The notes beneath the pieces are model-generated. The model was not told where the DNA came from and ran no database searches. It was given only the letters and a program-made list of their open reading frames with translations. A stretch of DNA of 32,000 bases from an uncultured Opitutales bacterium. Its GTDB lineage: Bacteria > Verrucomicrobiota > Verrucomicrobiia > Opitutales > Intestinicryptomonadaceae. A program made the translations under genes and the position numbers. Positions 15,219-24,868 of the stretch are shown piece after piece. Every line of letters starts with the position of its first letter. Position 1 is the first letter of the stretch. The stretch lies in contig CAKTSY010000003.1 of assembly GCA_934613415.1 (NCBI GenBank), positions 60,001 through 92,000 on the forward strand, written 5' to 3'.

Positions 15219-17573
15219 CTATTTTTTATCGGGAAATTCGTCTACAATTTCGTTTTTTTGCACAACAAGGTTTTTAACCGTGTTTTTTTCGCAATATACG
15301 CCAAGTTTCGGCATATAGGGGCTTTTTGCGAATTGGTTGTTTACAACTGCCACATTCTCGCAATGCGCAAAGTAGAACGAGCCGCGATAGTCGTGCGCAA
15401 CAACCCTTGGGTTTTCGTTAATAATCTTGTTATTTTTAAATATAAGATTTTTTGTGTTGTTTGCATATGCAATTAAACCGCAACTATTTATGAATGTATT
15501 ATTTTCGAACAACACGTTGTTTAATATGGGGTAGCACTTCCTTACGGTAGAAGGGTCTACCTCTAAATATACGCTAAGGGAAATGTCGCGGGCAAAGCCG
15601 TCGTTTTTGCCGCCGGCGGTTGCATTGGCGTTTTCGAATGTGCAGTTTTTAACCACAATGTTCGAAGCCCCATACCCTTCGCTCCAAACATTGAATGTAT
15701 AGCCGCTTTCTATTTTCAACGCTCCGCTTTCGTGGTGCTTAAAGCGGCAGTTGTCTACGGTAATGTCGCTTGCCAAAAGCAAAATTCCCCTTGCCCTGTT
15801 GTCGTGAAAATACGAATTGCGCAATATTATGTTTTTAGAGCCGAAGCGGCGGTTGAACATAACAAAGCCGTCTTTGGTCTGCTTGGGCAGCTTTTCCCTA
15901 AAGGTAATGTAGTGCTCGCCTTTAATCTTGTTCGGCATAACCTTTATTGCGGCTATCGTTCCCGTAAAGCCCGTCGGCGAATAGTCGGAATGGCGAAGCT
16001 CTATTTTGTCGCCTATGCCATATTGGCTTATGGTTCTAAAATTTTTTGTTCTTAGAGTGTTTTCGTTAAGGGTAAGGGCGTATCCCGTGTTGTCGTGAAC
16101 GTTAAGGCAGTCGTCTGCCCCATACGAAAATTCGCAGTTTTCTATCTTTAAAAAGCCGCACGAGCTTGCAATATGGAAGTGGTCGGCAGCCGACGTTATA
16201 TAGCGTTTGTTTACACCCCTGCCGAACGGCGGCACAATTTTAACGTTGCGGATAATCCAGTGATTTTGCGTGCCGCCGGCCCCCATTGCGTGGCCCGCGG
16301 TAGAATATATATTTACGTTTTCCAGCAGCATGTGCGAATTGCTTTGCATGGCAATGCCAGTCATATGGTAGTAGTAGTGCTGCAGCCTAAAGAAATATCC
16401 CTTTTGCAAAACGCCGTAGGCTGCCTTGCTCGTATGCACCCTTAGCACGTTGTCCGAAAGCCACTCGGTTTTTATGCTTTTGTCTTTGTAGTTGTTTATG
16501 CCAAAGCCCGAAGCGCCGTCTAGCCCCACCGTTTGGTTTTTAACATCGTAGCGCGAAAGCATTGTAAGTTTAACGTCTTTGCGCGGGAATTTTTCGTATT
16601 CTACAAACTTTATGTCGAAATATTTTGAGGGCTCAACGCCCACAACTTCGACCAAACTTGCAATGGGGTCTATGCTCCAATCCCAGTCTATGTTGAAATT
16701 TTTAAATTCCACCCTTTCGCAATTTTTTATGTCTATGTCGTTGTGGTATTGCTTTTGGAATATAAAGGTGCTGTTGTTTGCGTCGAAAACAAAATCCTTT
16801 AGACCGTCGAATATAACGGCCGCGTTTTCCCTAAAGTAATAGGTGCCCTTTTCCATAACAAGTTTTGCCGCCGAATTGCTTTTGCAAAAGTCTATAAGCT
16901 CGTTTAGCTTGGCGGTAATGCTTTCGGGGGCGTTCGGCACAATGCCGTAGTCTTTTGCGTTTATAACCAAGCCGCCTTTGTTTGCGGGCTTTTTAATGTC
17001 GAACTCTTTTGCGCCCCTTGGCAGCACAAAGTTTGCCGATTTTGCGTCGCCAAAATTCTTTGTTATGTCTAAAAACTCTATATTGTCGCCCTCGTATACG
17101 GCAAGGTTTGCGATTTTCCCCGAAAGGTTGCCGTGCGCCATAATGGTAAGCTGGTAGTCGTCGTTTTGGTTGGTTTGAACCGAGCAACTAAACTGCCTAA
17201 AAGTCGGCGCATAGTGCCTGTTTTGCGAAGTTAAATTCCAATAGGGCATACCCGCGGCCTTGTCGGAGCGCACAAAAATATGCAAAAACTGGTCGGGACT
17301 TAGGCTGTGCGAGTTGTCTATTAAAAAGTCGAATTTTATGGTATATTTGGTGTTCGGCTTTAAAACGCCCTTTTTGGTTATGAATATTGTTCTGTATTTG
17401 CCGTCGTTTTTGGCAACCGAAAAGTCCAGGCCGTCGTCGTCGTTTTCGGAAACATACGAACCGCCCTTTGTGCCTACTTGCCTGTCGAAACCCTCTATAA
17501 CGGGGGTATCTGCAGCATATGCTGCAATGCTAAACAAAAGCAAAAATGCCAGCGAAAGAATTTTTCTACGCAT
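15219..17573 (-). CDS. Secreted right-handed parallel beta-helix protein (glycoside hydrolase/lyase-like) with an N-terminal beta-sandwich (CBM-like) module
   Basis: Signal peptide MRRKILSLAFLLLFSIAAYAADTP. A Pectate_lyase_3-like entry segment follows (VINAKDYGIVPN...GTYYF). Repeated beta-helix turns include NVNIYSTAGHAMGAGG, DHFHIASSCGFLKIENCEFSYGADDCLNVHDN, FHDNRARGILLLASDITVDNCRF and VVKNCTFENA. The CAZy family could not be assigned by eye. Confidence 0.65.
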   Translation of the reverse strand: MRRKILSLAFLLLFSIAAYAADTPVIEGFDRQVGTKGGSYVSENDDDGLDFSVAKNDGKYRTIFITKKGVLKPNTKYTIKFDFLIDNSHSLSPDQFLHIFVRSDKAAGMPYWNLTSQNRHYAPTFRQFSCSVQTNQNDDYQLTIMAHGNLSGKIANLAVYEGDNIEFLDITKNFGDAKSANFVLPRGAKEFDIKKPANKGGLVINAKDYGIVPNAPESITAKLNELIDFCKSNSAAKLVMEKGTYYFRENAAVIFDGLKDFVFDANNSTFIFQKQYHNDIDIKNCERVEFKNFNIDWDWSIDPIASLVEVVGVEPSKYFDIKFVEYEKFPRKDVKLTMLSRYDVKNQTVGLDGASGFGINNYKDKSIKTEWLSDNVLRVHTSKAAYGVLQKGYFFRLQHYYYHMTGIAMQSNSHMLLENVNIYSTAGHAMGAGGTQNHWIIRNVKIVPPFGRGVNKRYITSAADHFHIASSCGFLKIENCEFSYGADDCLNVHDNTGYALTLNENTLRTKNFRTISQYGIGDKIELRHSDYSPTGFTGTIAAIKVMPNKIKGEHYITFREKLPKQTKDGFVMFNRRFGSKNIILRNSYFHDNRARGILLLASDITVDNCRFKHHESGALKIESGYTFNVWSEGYGASNIVVKNCTFENANATAGGKNDGFARDISLSVYLEVDPSTVRKCYPILNNVLFENNTFINSCGLIAYANNTKNLIFKNNKIINENPRVVAHDYRGSFYFAHCENVAVVNNQFAKSPYMPKLGVYCEKNTVKNLVVQKNEIVDEFPDKK

Positions 17574-17588
17574 ATTTTTTAATCCAAT

Positions 17589-19652
17589 TTATTTTTTTGA
17601 TTTTTCGGGGGCAGTTTTTGCCTTTGCCAAAACCGACTTTAAAAGCTTTGCATTTTCGGGTGTTGCGGTTTTTATAGCGTTTTCAAGCTCTTCGCTTTGG
17701 CTTTTGCAAAGCCCCAAAGACGCCGTTTTTACCAGCTGTTTTAACGCCGCATTTTTAAGCTGTTTTTCGGAATTTAGCAACACGCCCAGCAAAAACTTAA
17801 AAGACTTTTCGCTATGCTGCGAGCCAATGGCGGCAATAATTGCAACCTTTGCATTTTCCGACTTTGCAGAATCGAAATTCTCTACAAGGACGTTTTCGTT
17901 GGCGGAAAAGTCGGCATACAAAAGCACTTCTGCCGCCAATTCGCGCTGCGGCTTTTCTGCCGCCAATAGCCCGAAAACTTTTTGGGATACACTTGCAAAG
18001 TTTGGCATGCTGGCAATGTTGGTTGCCGCCACGCGCCTTTTTGCAGCCCCAAGCATTTTTGCATTTTCAAAAACCTTTTCAAAAGCCTTTTCGTTGCCCG
18101 ATTTTGCGGCGTAATACGACATTGCCACCACAGCCCCTTCGTTTGCAACAGGCATTTTCAAAATAGAGCTTTCGGCTTCGTTGCGCTGCATTAAGGCATA
18201 TGCCAAAACGGAAGCGTTTTCTGCCGATATGTTTTTAAAGTTTGCATATTTTGGCAAAGCGACATCTTTATTTGCGCTTAAAAACCTTACAACACAAAGC
18301 AATTCCTTTTCGGAATCGGGCTTAGTTTGGGGGACTTTAAATTTTGGATAATTGCCGCTAAACGAAAGCTCGTTTTTATAGTGCGCCAATGCGTTTTCCA
18401 AAATATCTACAACAATACGGTTTGTTTTCGGGCTTTGCGCCAATTTTTTAAACGCATTAAAATTCTTTTTAGACGATATTTTTACATTGCCTACAATTCT
18501 CGCCAAAAGACATTGATATACCTCGCTTGAAGGATTGCCGCTTTCAAGTTCGGCCAACACAAAATTTTCCATCTTTTTGCAAAATTCGGCATTTTGGTTG
18601 TTCGAGCAAACGGCGTAAATAAGCTCGTTTAATTCGTTGTCTTTTTCTCCGTATTTTACGTTGTTAAAGCTTTTTATATAGCCTATTTCGGGTTCGGCGT
18701 AAAGCGGGCAGGTTAAATCTTTGCCCTTTTTTATGGAACTTGTGTCGGCTTGCAAATCGCCGCAGGCAAACTGCAAAAGCCTTAAGGTTAGCTCTTGAAA
18801 ACGCCTGTCTTTATAGGTGTGGCAGGCGTGGCCAAAGGCCGAATACGCCACTTTGCCCTTGCCGTAGTTTTTTATCCAAACCAAAGCCAAATCCTTGTCG
18901 GCCCTTACTTTGTGCCTGCGCCCCCACTCGGTTGTTACGGGGCTTGCCTCTACGTTAAGGCGCATTAGCGCCCTGCACTTTTCGCGGCTAAAGTATTCGC
19001 CAAATTGGTAGATTTCGTCTACCACTCTAAAGGCGGGCTTTGCCCAAATGCCCCTTGTTATGGGAGACTGCATATCGTCTATATTCACGGTAACCGCCGA
19101 ACAGTTGTAGCCCCAGGGGTGGCCAATAAAATCGCCGCCCATCATTTCCGACATTTCGGTTTTCATGTAGCAGTCGGTGCCGCCCGCATGGAAGCCCGCA
19201 ACAGAACCTCCGTTTTTAACGTAGTCGCACAAGCCTTTTAGGTAGTCGTCGGAACGTTTTTTAAAGCGAAGCTTGTCTTCCTTAGACATTTCGGGGGTTT
19301 CCTTTTCGCCGAACGCGTTGCCCGTTACGCAGTTTAGCACAACAACGTCGTATTGCTTAAGGTTTTCCGGCGCCATATCCAACGGGTTTTCGGTAAACAC
19401 CGCGGTAAAGGCTCCCTTGTTTTGCATATTTTCTATTGCGCGATTCAATCCCGCAATGCCGTCGCTGTGTCTGTAGCCCAATGTTCTCGAAAACACCAAA
19501 ATCTTTCTAGGCTTTAGCGGTTTTGCGATTTTTTCGGGGGTAGCCTTGTCTATGTCGGCTATAATTTTGTCGCTTAATTTAAAGGGAACTTCGGCGGCAA
19601 ACAATGTCGCTGCCGAAAATGCCAAGGTTGCAAAAAGCGTGTATTTTTTCAT
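17589..19652 (-). CDS. Exported ThuA-domain protein with a C-terminal HEAT/armadillo-like helical repeat region
   Basis: Signal peptide MKKYTLFATLAFSAATLFAAEVP. ThuA pattern: KILVFSRTLGYRHSDGI, YDVVVLNCVTG, GGSVAGFHAGG, GHPWGY, DEIYQF, NYGKGKVAYSAFGH. The C-terminal ~330 aa are Ala/Lys/Glu-rich helical repeats. No CxxCH motif. Confidence 0.7.
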   Translation of the reverse strand: MKKYTLFATLAFSAATLFAAEVPFKLSDKIIADIDKATPEKIAKPLKPRKILVFSRTLGYRHSDGIAGLNRAIENMQNKGAFTAVFTENPLDMAPENLKQYDVVVLNCVTGNAFGEKETPEMSKEDKLRFKKRSDDYLKGLCDYVKNGGSVAGFHAGGTDCYMKTEMSEMMGGDFIGHPWGYNCSAVTVNIDDMQSPITRGIWAKPAFRVVDEIYQFGEYFSREKCRALMRLNVEASPVTTEWGRRHKVRADKDLALVWIKNYGKGKVAYSAFGHACHTYKDRRFQELTLRLLQFACGDLQADTSSIKKGKDLTCPLYAEPEIGYIKSFNNVKYGEKDNELNELIYAVCSNNQNAEFCKKMENFVLAELESGNPSSEVYQCLLARIVGNVKISSKKNFNAFKKLAQSPKTNRIVVDILENALAHYKNELSFSGNYPKFKVPQTKPDSEKELLCVVRFLSANKDVALPKYANFKNISAENASVLAYALMQRNEAESSILKMPVANEGAVVAMSYYAAKSGNEKAFEKVFENAKMLGAAKRRVAATNIASMPNFASVSQKVFGLLAAEKPQRELAAEVLLYADFSANENVLVENFDSAKSENAKVAIIAAIGSQHSEKSFKFLLGVLLNSEKQLKNAALKQLVKTASLGLCKSQSEELENAIKTATPENAKLLKSVLAKAKTAPEKSKK

Positions 19653-19679
19653 TTTCAGTAAAAAATTTTGTAGTTTAAC

Positions 19680-21021
<1,342 letters not shown>

Positions 21022-21029
<8 letters not shown>

Positions 21030-22695
21030 TGTGTTTAATTTTAAACCCTTCTATTTGCGATTTTACACTGTCGATTTCCGTTTCCAACAAAGACTCTTTT
21101 TGCGGTTTTAAAACCTTGCGCGAAATTTCCAAAAGCCCCAAGCATTCGTCGAACTTCTGCTTTTTTAGCAGCGCATTAAAAATTGGGATAGAAAGGTTAG
21201 AAAACGCTATAAGCCCGTCGTTTTTAAACACGCCCAAAAGCCTTTTATACGAAGAATTCAGCTTGTCGGCACTGTCTTCGGCTATGGCGGATTCCAACTC
21301 CATTCTTGCAAACGACATAGCAATGTCGGGGCGCGCCTGCCTTGTTTTTATTATTATCGAAGTAGAAAGCCTGCGAGCGTCGTCGAAGCGTTCAAGGTCT
21401 ATCAAATACTGCATAAGCTCGCGCCTAAAAGCGGCGTCTATGTCGGGATATTTTGCGGTAAAGCCCTTCATTGCCTGAGCATAAAGCTTAATTATATCGT
21501 TGTCGGAAGCCTTTCTGGCCTTGTACGACTTTATAAGAATGTTCCACGTTTCGGCATTTCGGTCGTCGAACTTTGCGGCGGCAAAGGCGCATTTTTCGGC
21601 TTTCGCATAGTCTTCGGCGTCGAGATACTCTTTTGCAAACGCCGTGCATACCATATTGTTGCGGTATTTTTCAAGATTGTAAAAGCCCTCGCACATTGCG
21701 CCCAAATCGTGGTCGGAAGCCTTTTCCCAAGTTTGCGGGTCGTAGGTTGTTCCCGTAACGAATCTGGAATCTTCGTAGCGGCCAACATTAAAATTCCAGT
21801 TGCCGGGGGCTTTCATATAGGCAACCCAGGCGTGCCCGCCGTCGGTACCAGCTCCCGATAATATGAAGGCCGGAACACCCTTTCGCTTTGCGACTTCGCT
21901 TGTGTAGTAGGCTTGATCGGTACAAATGCCGCCAAATTCCTTTATTGTGGAGAGCTTGTAGTTGCCGTAAGTCCAATCAAACTGCTTATTGTCCAAACGC
22001 TTTTTGTCGTATGTAATCGAAGGATACAGTTTGGGTATGTTTGCCAGCGTAGTCGATATTTTTTGCTGAACCCATTTTATGTCGTTTTCGTCGGAAAGGG
22101 CTGCAACTACAAACTTAAGCTCGCGCACCGAAAGCTTTTCGGTTGCAAACAAAAACCTGCCCTTTTCGCGCAAACCTACAATTGTTTCGAACGCCTTTTC
22201 AGGTTCCGGAAATTTTCTCGGCAAAATTTTGTCGGAAACTTGCGCGTGCGGCCATTCGTTTGGCGGAGGGGTGTCGAACACAACCGCTATTGCAACGGCA
22301 AGCCTTGGGTATTTTGCAAACTTTTCGGGAAAAGCATTGTAGATTTTCGCCAAAATCGCAAAAACCTGCTCGGTATTGTCGTCGTCGCACAATGTAGAAA
22401 CAAACTCGTTCCTTAGCTCGGTATTGTCGGCAAAAAACATTTTTAAATCAAGCGGCCAGTCTTTGCCGAATTTGTCTACAAGAGAATAATACTTTGAGTT
22501 TATAAGCGCGTTATACGCCTCTTTAAGCTTGCCCGCAGAATAGTCGGCAAAAGCGGCTTTGTTGTAGGTACTAGAAAGGGCGGGCAAATCGCCCTCGAAA
22601 ACTTTGGGACTTACCAACTCCGCCTTTTTTGGCGCGCCAAAACACGACACCACGCAAGCGCAAACAGTTGCAACTGCAAAATAACTAGGTTTCAT
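21022..22695 (-). CDS. Transglutaminase-like (Cys-His fold) lipoprotein with a C-terminal TPR-like helical region
   Basis: The start was set at ATG 22695 (MKPSYFAVATVCACVVSCFG, lipobox VVSC). Core motifs are GGICTDQAYYTSEVAKRKGVPA and GGHAWVAYM. The C-terminal ~200 aa are helical repeats. The longer ORF-track start (22887) would run into the divergent gene. Confidence 0.65.
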
Positions 22696-22757
22696 ATACA
22701 CACGAAAATTATTTACAGGCAAAGGCAACTTGTAAAGCACTAAAAGACAAAGCGTGC

Positions 22758-22786
22758 TTGAATATGCAACGGAATTTGCCAATATA
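22758..22786 (+). promoter_or_regulatory. Candidate sigma70-like promoter, TTGAAT-17-AATATA, ending 6 nt before the lipoprotein ATG (leaderless geometry)
   Basis: TTGAAT 22758-22763, 17-nt spacer, AATATA 22781-22786, AGAATT, ATG 22793. Confidence 0.35.
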
Positions 22787-22792
22787 AGAATT

Positions 22793-23227
22793 ATGAAAAC
22801 GATTTTTAAGCTTTTGCCCATTCTTTGTTTTGCGTTTGTGCTTTGTGGCTGCGCTTCGCTAAACGTTATGTATACGCCAACAAACAATGTAAATACGGCT
22901 TTACTTACAAAAACGCCGCCCCAAGATATACAAATTTTCGTTACGAGCCGCCCCGACTACCCCTATGTTGAATTGGGCACGCTTACAATAAGATCGGGGG
23001 TAATGTATGCCGATATGGCTACAATATACGAACAGTTCAGGCAAAAGGCTTCGCAAATAGGGGCAAATGCCATAATAATTATGGGAACTGCAACCGACAT
23101 CTACACAATGCCCGCCGTAACCTACGACTATTTCGGCAACGCCATATTCTACGACAGGGTAAACCAAGCCTATATATACAGAGCCGTTGCCATTGCCAAA
23201 AACAACGCAAAAATAAACATAAAATAG
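22793..23227 (+). CDS. Small lipoprotein of unknown function (144 aa)
   Basis: MKTIFKLLPILCFAFVLCGCASLN has a lipobox (LCGC). There is coding-like periodicity and no recognisable catalytic motif. The start was moved from 22754 to 22793 on signal-peptide grounds. Confidence 0.6.
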   Translation: MKTIFKLLPILCFAFVLCGCASLNVMYTPTNNVNTALLTKTPPQDIQIFVTSRPDYPYVELGTLTIRSGVMYADMATIYEQFRQKASQIGANAIIIMGTATDIYTMPAVTYDYFGNAIFYDRVNQAYIYRAVAIAKNNAKINIK

Positions 23228-23274
23228 CGCAATAAAACGCCTTGTTTTTGCGAGCAAAATCAGGCAATATTTTG

Positions 23275-23303
23275 TTGACTTTAAAAAGAAACTAAACTCT
23301 AAT
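23275..23303 (+). promoter_or_regulatory. Candidate sigma70-like promoter, TTGACT-17-TCTAAT, upstream of thi4 (leader of about 60 nt)
   Basis: TTGACT 23275-23280, 17-nt spacer, TCTAAT 23298-23303. ATG at 23367. Confidence 0.3.
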
Positions 23304-23366
23304 TTGAGGCCTTAATCACTACCAAATTGGTATAGCATTAAAACATCAATTTTTCACTAAAATATT

Positions 23367-24149
23367 ATGGCTATAGAAAATACAATATCGGCGGCAATTT
23401 TAAACAGATTCTCGAGCAAATTGCTCGAAAGTCTCGCACTAGACGTTGCAATAGTAGGAGGCGGCCCCAGCGCATTGGTTGCCGCCCGCTACTTGGCAAA
23501 TGCAGGGCTTAAAGCTGGCATTTTCGAAAGAAAACTAGCCCCCGGCGGCGGCACTTGGGGCGGCGGTATGCTCTTTAACGAAGTTGTTGTTCAAGACAGC
23601 GCACTTCCCATTTTAGACGACTTTTCGATTTCGCACAAAGAAATAGAAAACGCCAAGGGCTACCACACTTTAGATTCGGTTGAAATGGCAAGCGGCCTTA
23701 TATTCGGCGCGGTAAAGGCGGGGGCAAAAATCTTCAACGCAATCAGCGTAGAAGACCTTGTTTTTAAAGACGGCAAAGTTGGCGGCTTGGTTATTAACTG
23801 GACTCCCGTAGAACGCCTAGGCATGCATGTAGACCCGTTGACAATAACCTCGGAATGCGTTTTAGACGGAACGGGGCACCCCAGCGAAATTATGCACTTG
23901 GCTACAAACAAAGCCAAGATAAAGCTCGACACTCCCACAGGCGAAATTCTCGGCGAAAAGCCAATGTGGGTAGACAGCGGCGAAGCTTCGACAGTTGAAA
24001 ACACAAAAGAATATTTCCCCGGCCTATTCGCCTGCGGTATGAGCGCAAACAACGTTATGGGCGGCTACAGAATGGGCCCGATTTTCGGCGGTATGTTGCT
24101 TTCGGGCAAAAAGGCTGCCGAACTTATAATTGCAAAACTTAAGAAATAA
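23367..24149 (+). CDS. thi4: Thi4-family thiazole synthase (archaeal/eukaryotic type)
   Basis: Dinucleotide-binding [18 protein letters not shown], then [34 protein letters not shown] and [31 protein letters not shown]. These are colinear with Thi4/THI1. Confidence 0.85.
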   Translation: MAIENTISAAILNRFSSKLLESLALDVAIVGGGPSALVAARYLANAGLKAGIFERKLAPGGGTWGGGMLFNEVVVQDSALPILDDFSISHKEIENAKGYHTLDSVEMASGLIFGAVKAGAKIFNAISVEDLVFKDGKVGGLVINWTPVERLGMHVDPLTITSECVLDGTGHPSEIMHLATNKAKIKLDTPTGEILGEKPMWVDSGEASTVENTKEYFPGLFACGMSANNVMGGYRMGPIFGGMLLSGKKAAELIIAKLKK

Positions 24150-24805
24150 TGGCGTTTGCCTCTCTAAAAGAGCGCGTTAAGGCGTTTGAAAACTCCGACA
24201 TATACGCAGTGGTAACCTCGCAGTTTTGCGGGGGGCGCACCGCCGAATATGTTGTAGAGCAAATAGGGCTTGGCGGCGGCAAAATTGTGCAGATTCGCGA
24301 AAAAGATTTAGATTTTAATTCGTATTTGAATCTGGCAAAAAAGTGCCGCGCAATTTGCGACAAATACAATATGCTGCTTATTGTAGACGACAATGTGCAA
24401 GTTGCCATACACTCGAACGCCGACGGCGTGCACTTGGGGCAAAGCGATATGCCCATAACTAAGGCGCGCGCTTTGGATAAAAATTTGCTTATAGGCTCTT
24501 CCACCCACAATGCGGGGGAAATTGCAGTTGCTATGCGAGACGGAGCCTCGTATTTAAACATAGGCCCGATTTTTGCAACGCAAACAAAAAGCCTGCCAAT
24601 GAATGCGTTGGGGCTGCAAACCTTTGCCGAGCTAAAACAGCTTGTTAAAATACCCTTTTCGGTTATGGGCGGCATAAAGGAACGCCACATAAAAGAGCTA
24701 TGCAGCTTGGGCGCAAAACACATTGCAATGGTCACCGAAATTACCCAAGCCGAAAATATTGCCGAAAAGGTAAAATCTTTAAGGCGACAAATGGGTGCTT
24801 TATAA
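24149..24805 (+). CDS. thiE: Thiamine-phosphate synthase
   Basis: IVQIREKDL, LIVDDNVQVAIHSNADGVHLGQSDMP, IGSSTHN, YLNIGPIFATQTK, VMGGI. The start overlaps the thi4 stop (TAATG). Confidence 0.9.
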   Translation: MAFASLKERVKAFENSDIYAVVTSQFCGGRTAEYVVEQIGLGGGKIVQIREKDLDFNSYLNLAKKCRAICDKYNMLLIVDDNVQVAIHSNADGVHLGQSDMPITKARALDKNLLIGSSTHNAGEIAVAMRDGASYLNIGPIFATQTKSLPMNALGLQTFAELKQLVKIPFSVMGGIKERHIKELCSLGAKHIAMVTEITQAENIAEKVKSLRRQMGAL

Positions 24806-24810
24806 AACGC

Positions 24811-24850
24811 AAAAAGCTTTCTTTGAAATTTCCAAAGAAAGCTTTTTTTA
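24811..24850. terminator. Bidirectional intrinsic terminator shared by thiE (+) and the convergent hydrolase gene (-)
   Basis: Perfect inverted repeat AAAGCTTTCTTTG (24813-24825) / CAAAGAAAGCTTT (24833-24845) with a 7-nt loop. It is flanked by A5 on the left and T7 on the right, giving a U-tract on both strands. Confidence 0.75.
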
Positions 24851-24868
24851 TGCGCAAAATTCGGCCTC

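Noticed and set aside
17260-18114. 284-aa + strand ORF (and 17840-18166, 17982-18194) opposite the ThuA-HEAT gene
   Set aside because: The S/F/A-rich, low-complexity translation is typical of the antisense frame of an Ala/Lys/Glu-rich helical-repeat gene. It has no motifs, and the minus-strand gene has clear family signatures.
22696-22887. Upstream extension of the transglutaminase-like ORF (64 codons)
   Set aside because: It would overlap the divergent lipoprotein gene and its promoter-like region. The internal Met at 22695 is followed by a canonical lipoprotein signal peptide.
23228-23252. Hairpin CGCAATAAAAC-GCCTT-GTTTTTGCG after the small lipoprotein gene
   Set aside because: It is an A/U-rich bulged stem with no following U-tract, which is too weak to call a terminator.
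23228-23366. Expected a TPP (THI-box) riboswitch upstream of thi4-thiE
   Set aside because: The conserved cores (CUGAGA and the ACCUGAUC...GGAUAAUGCC-type pyrimidine-sensor helix) are absent, and the leader after the promoter-like element is only about 60 nt. A covariance-model scan would be decisive.
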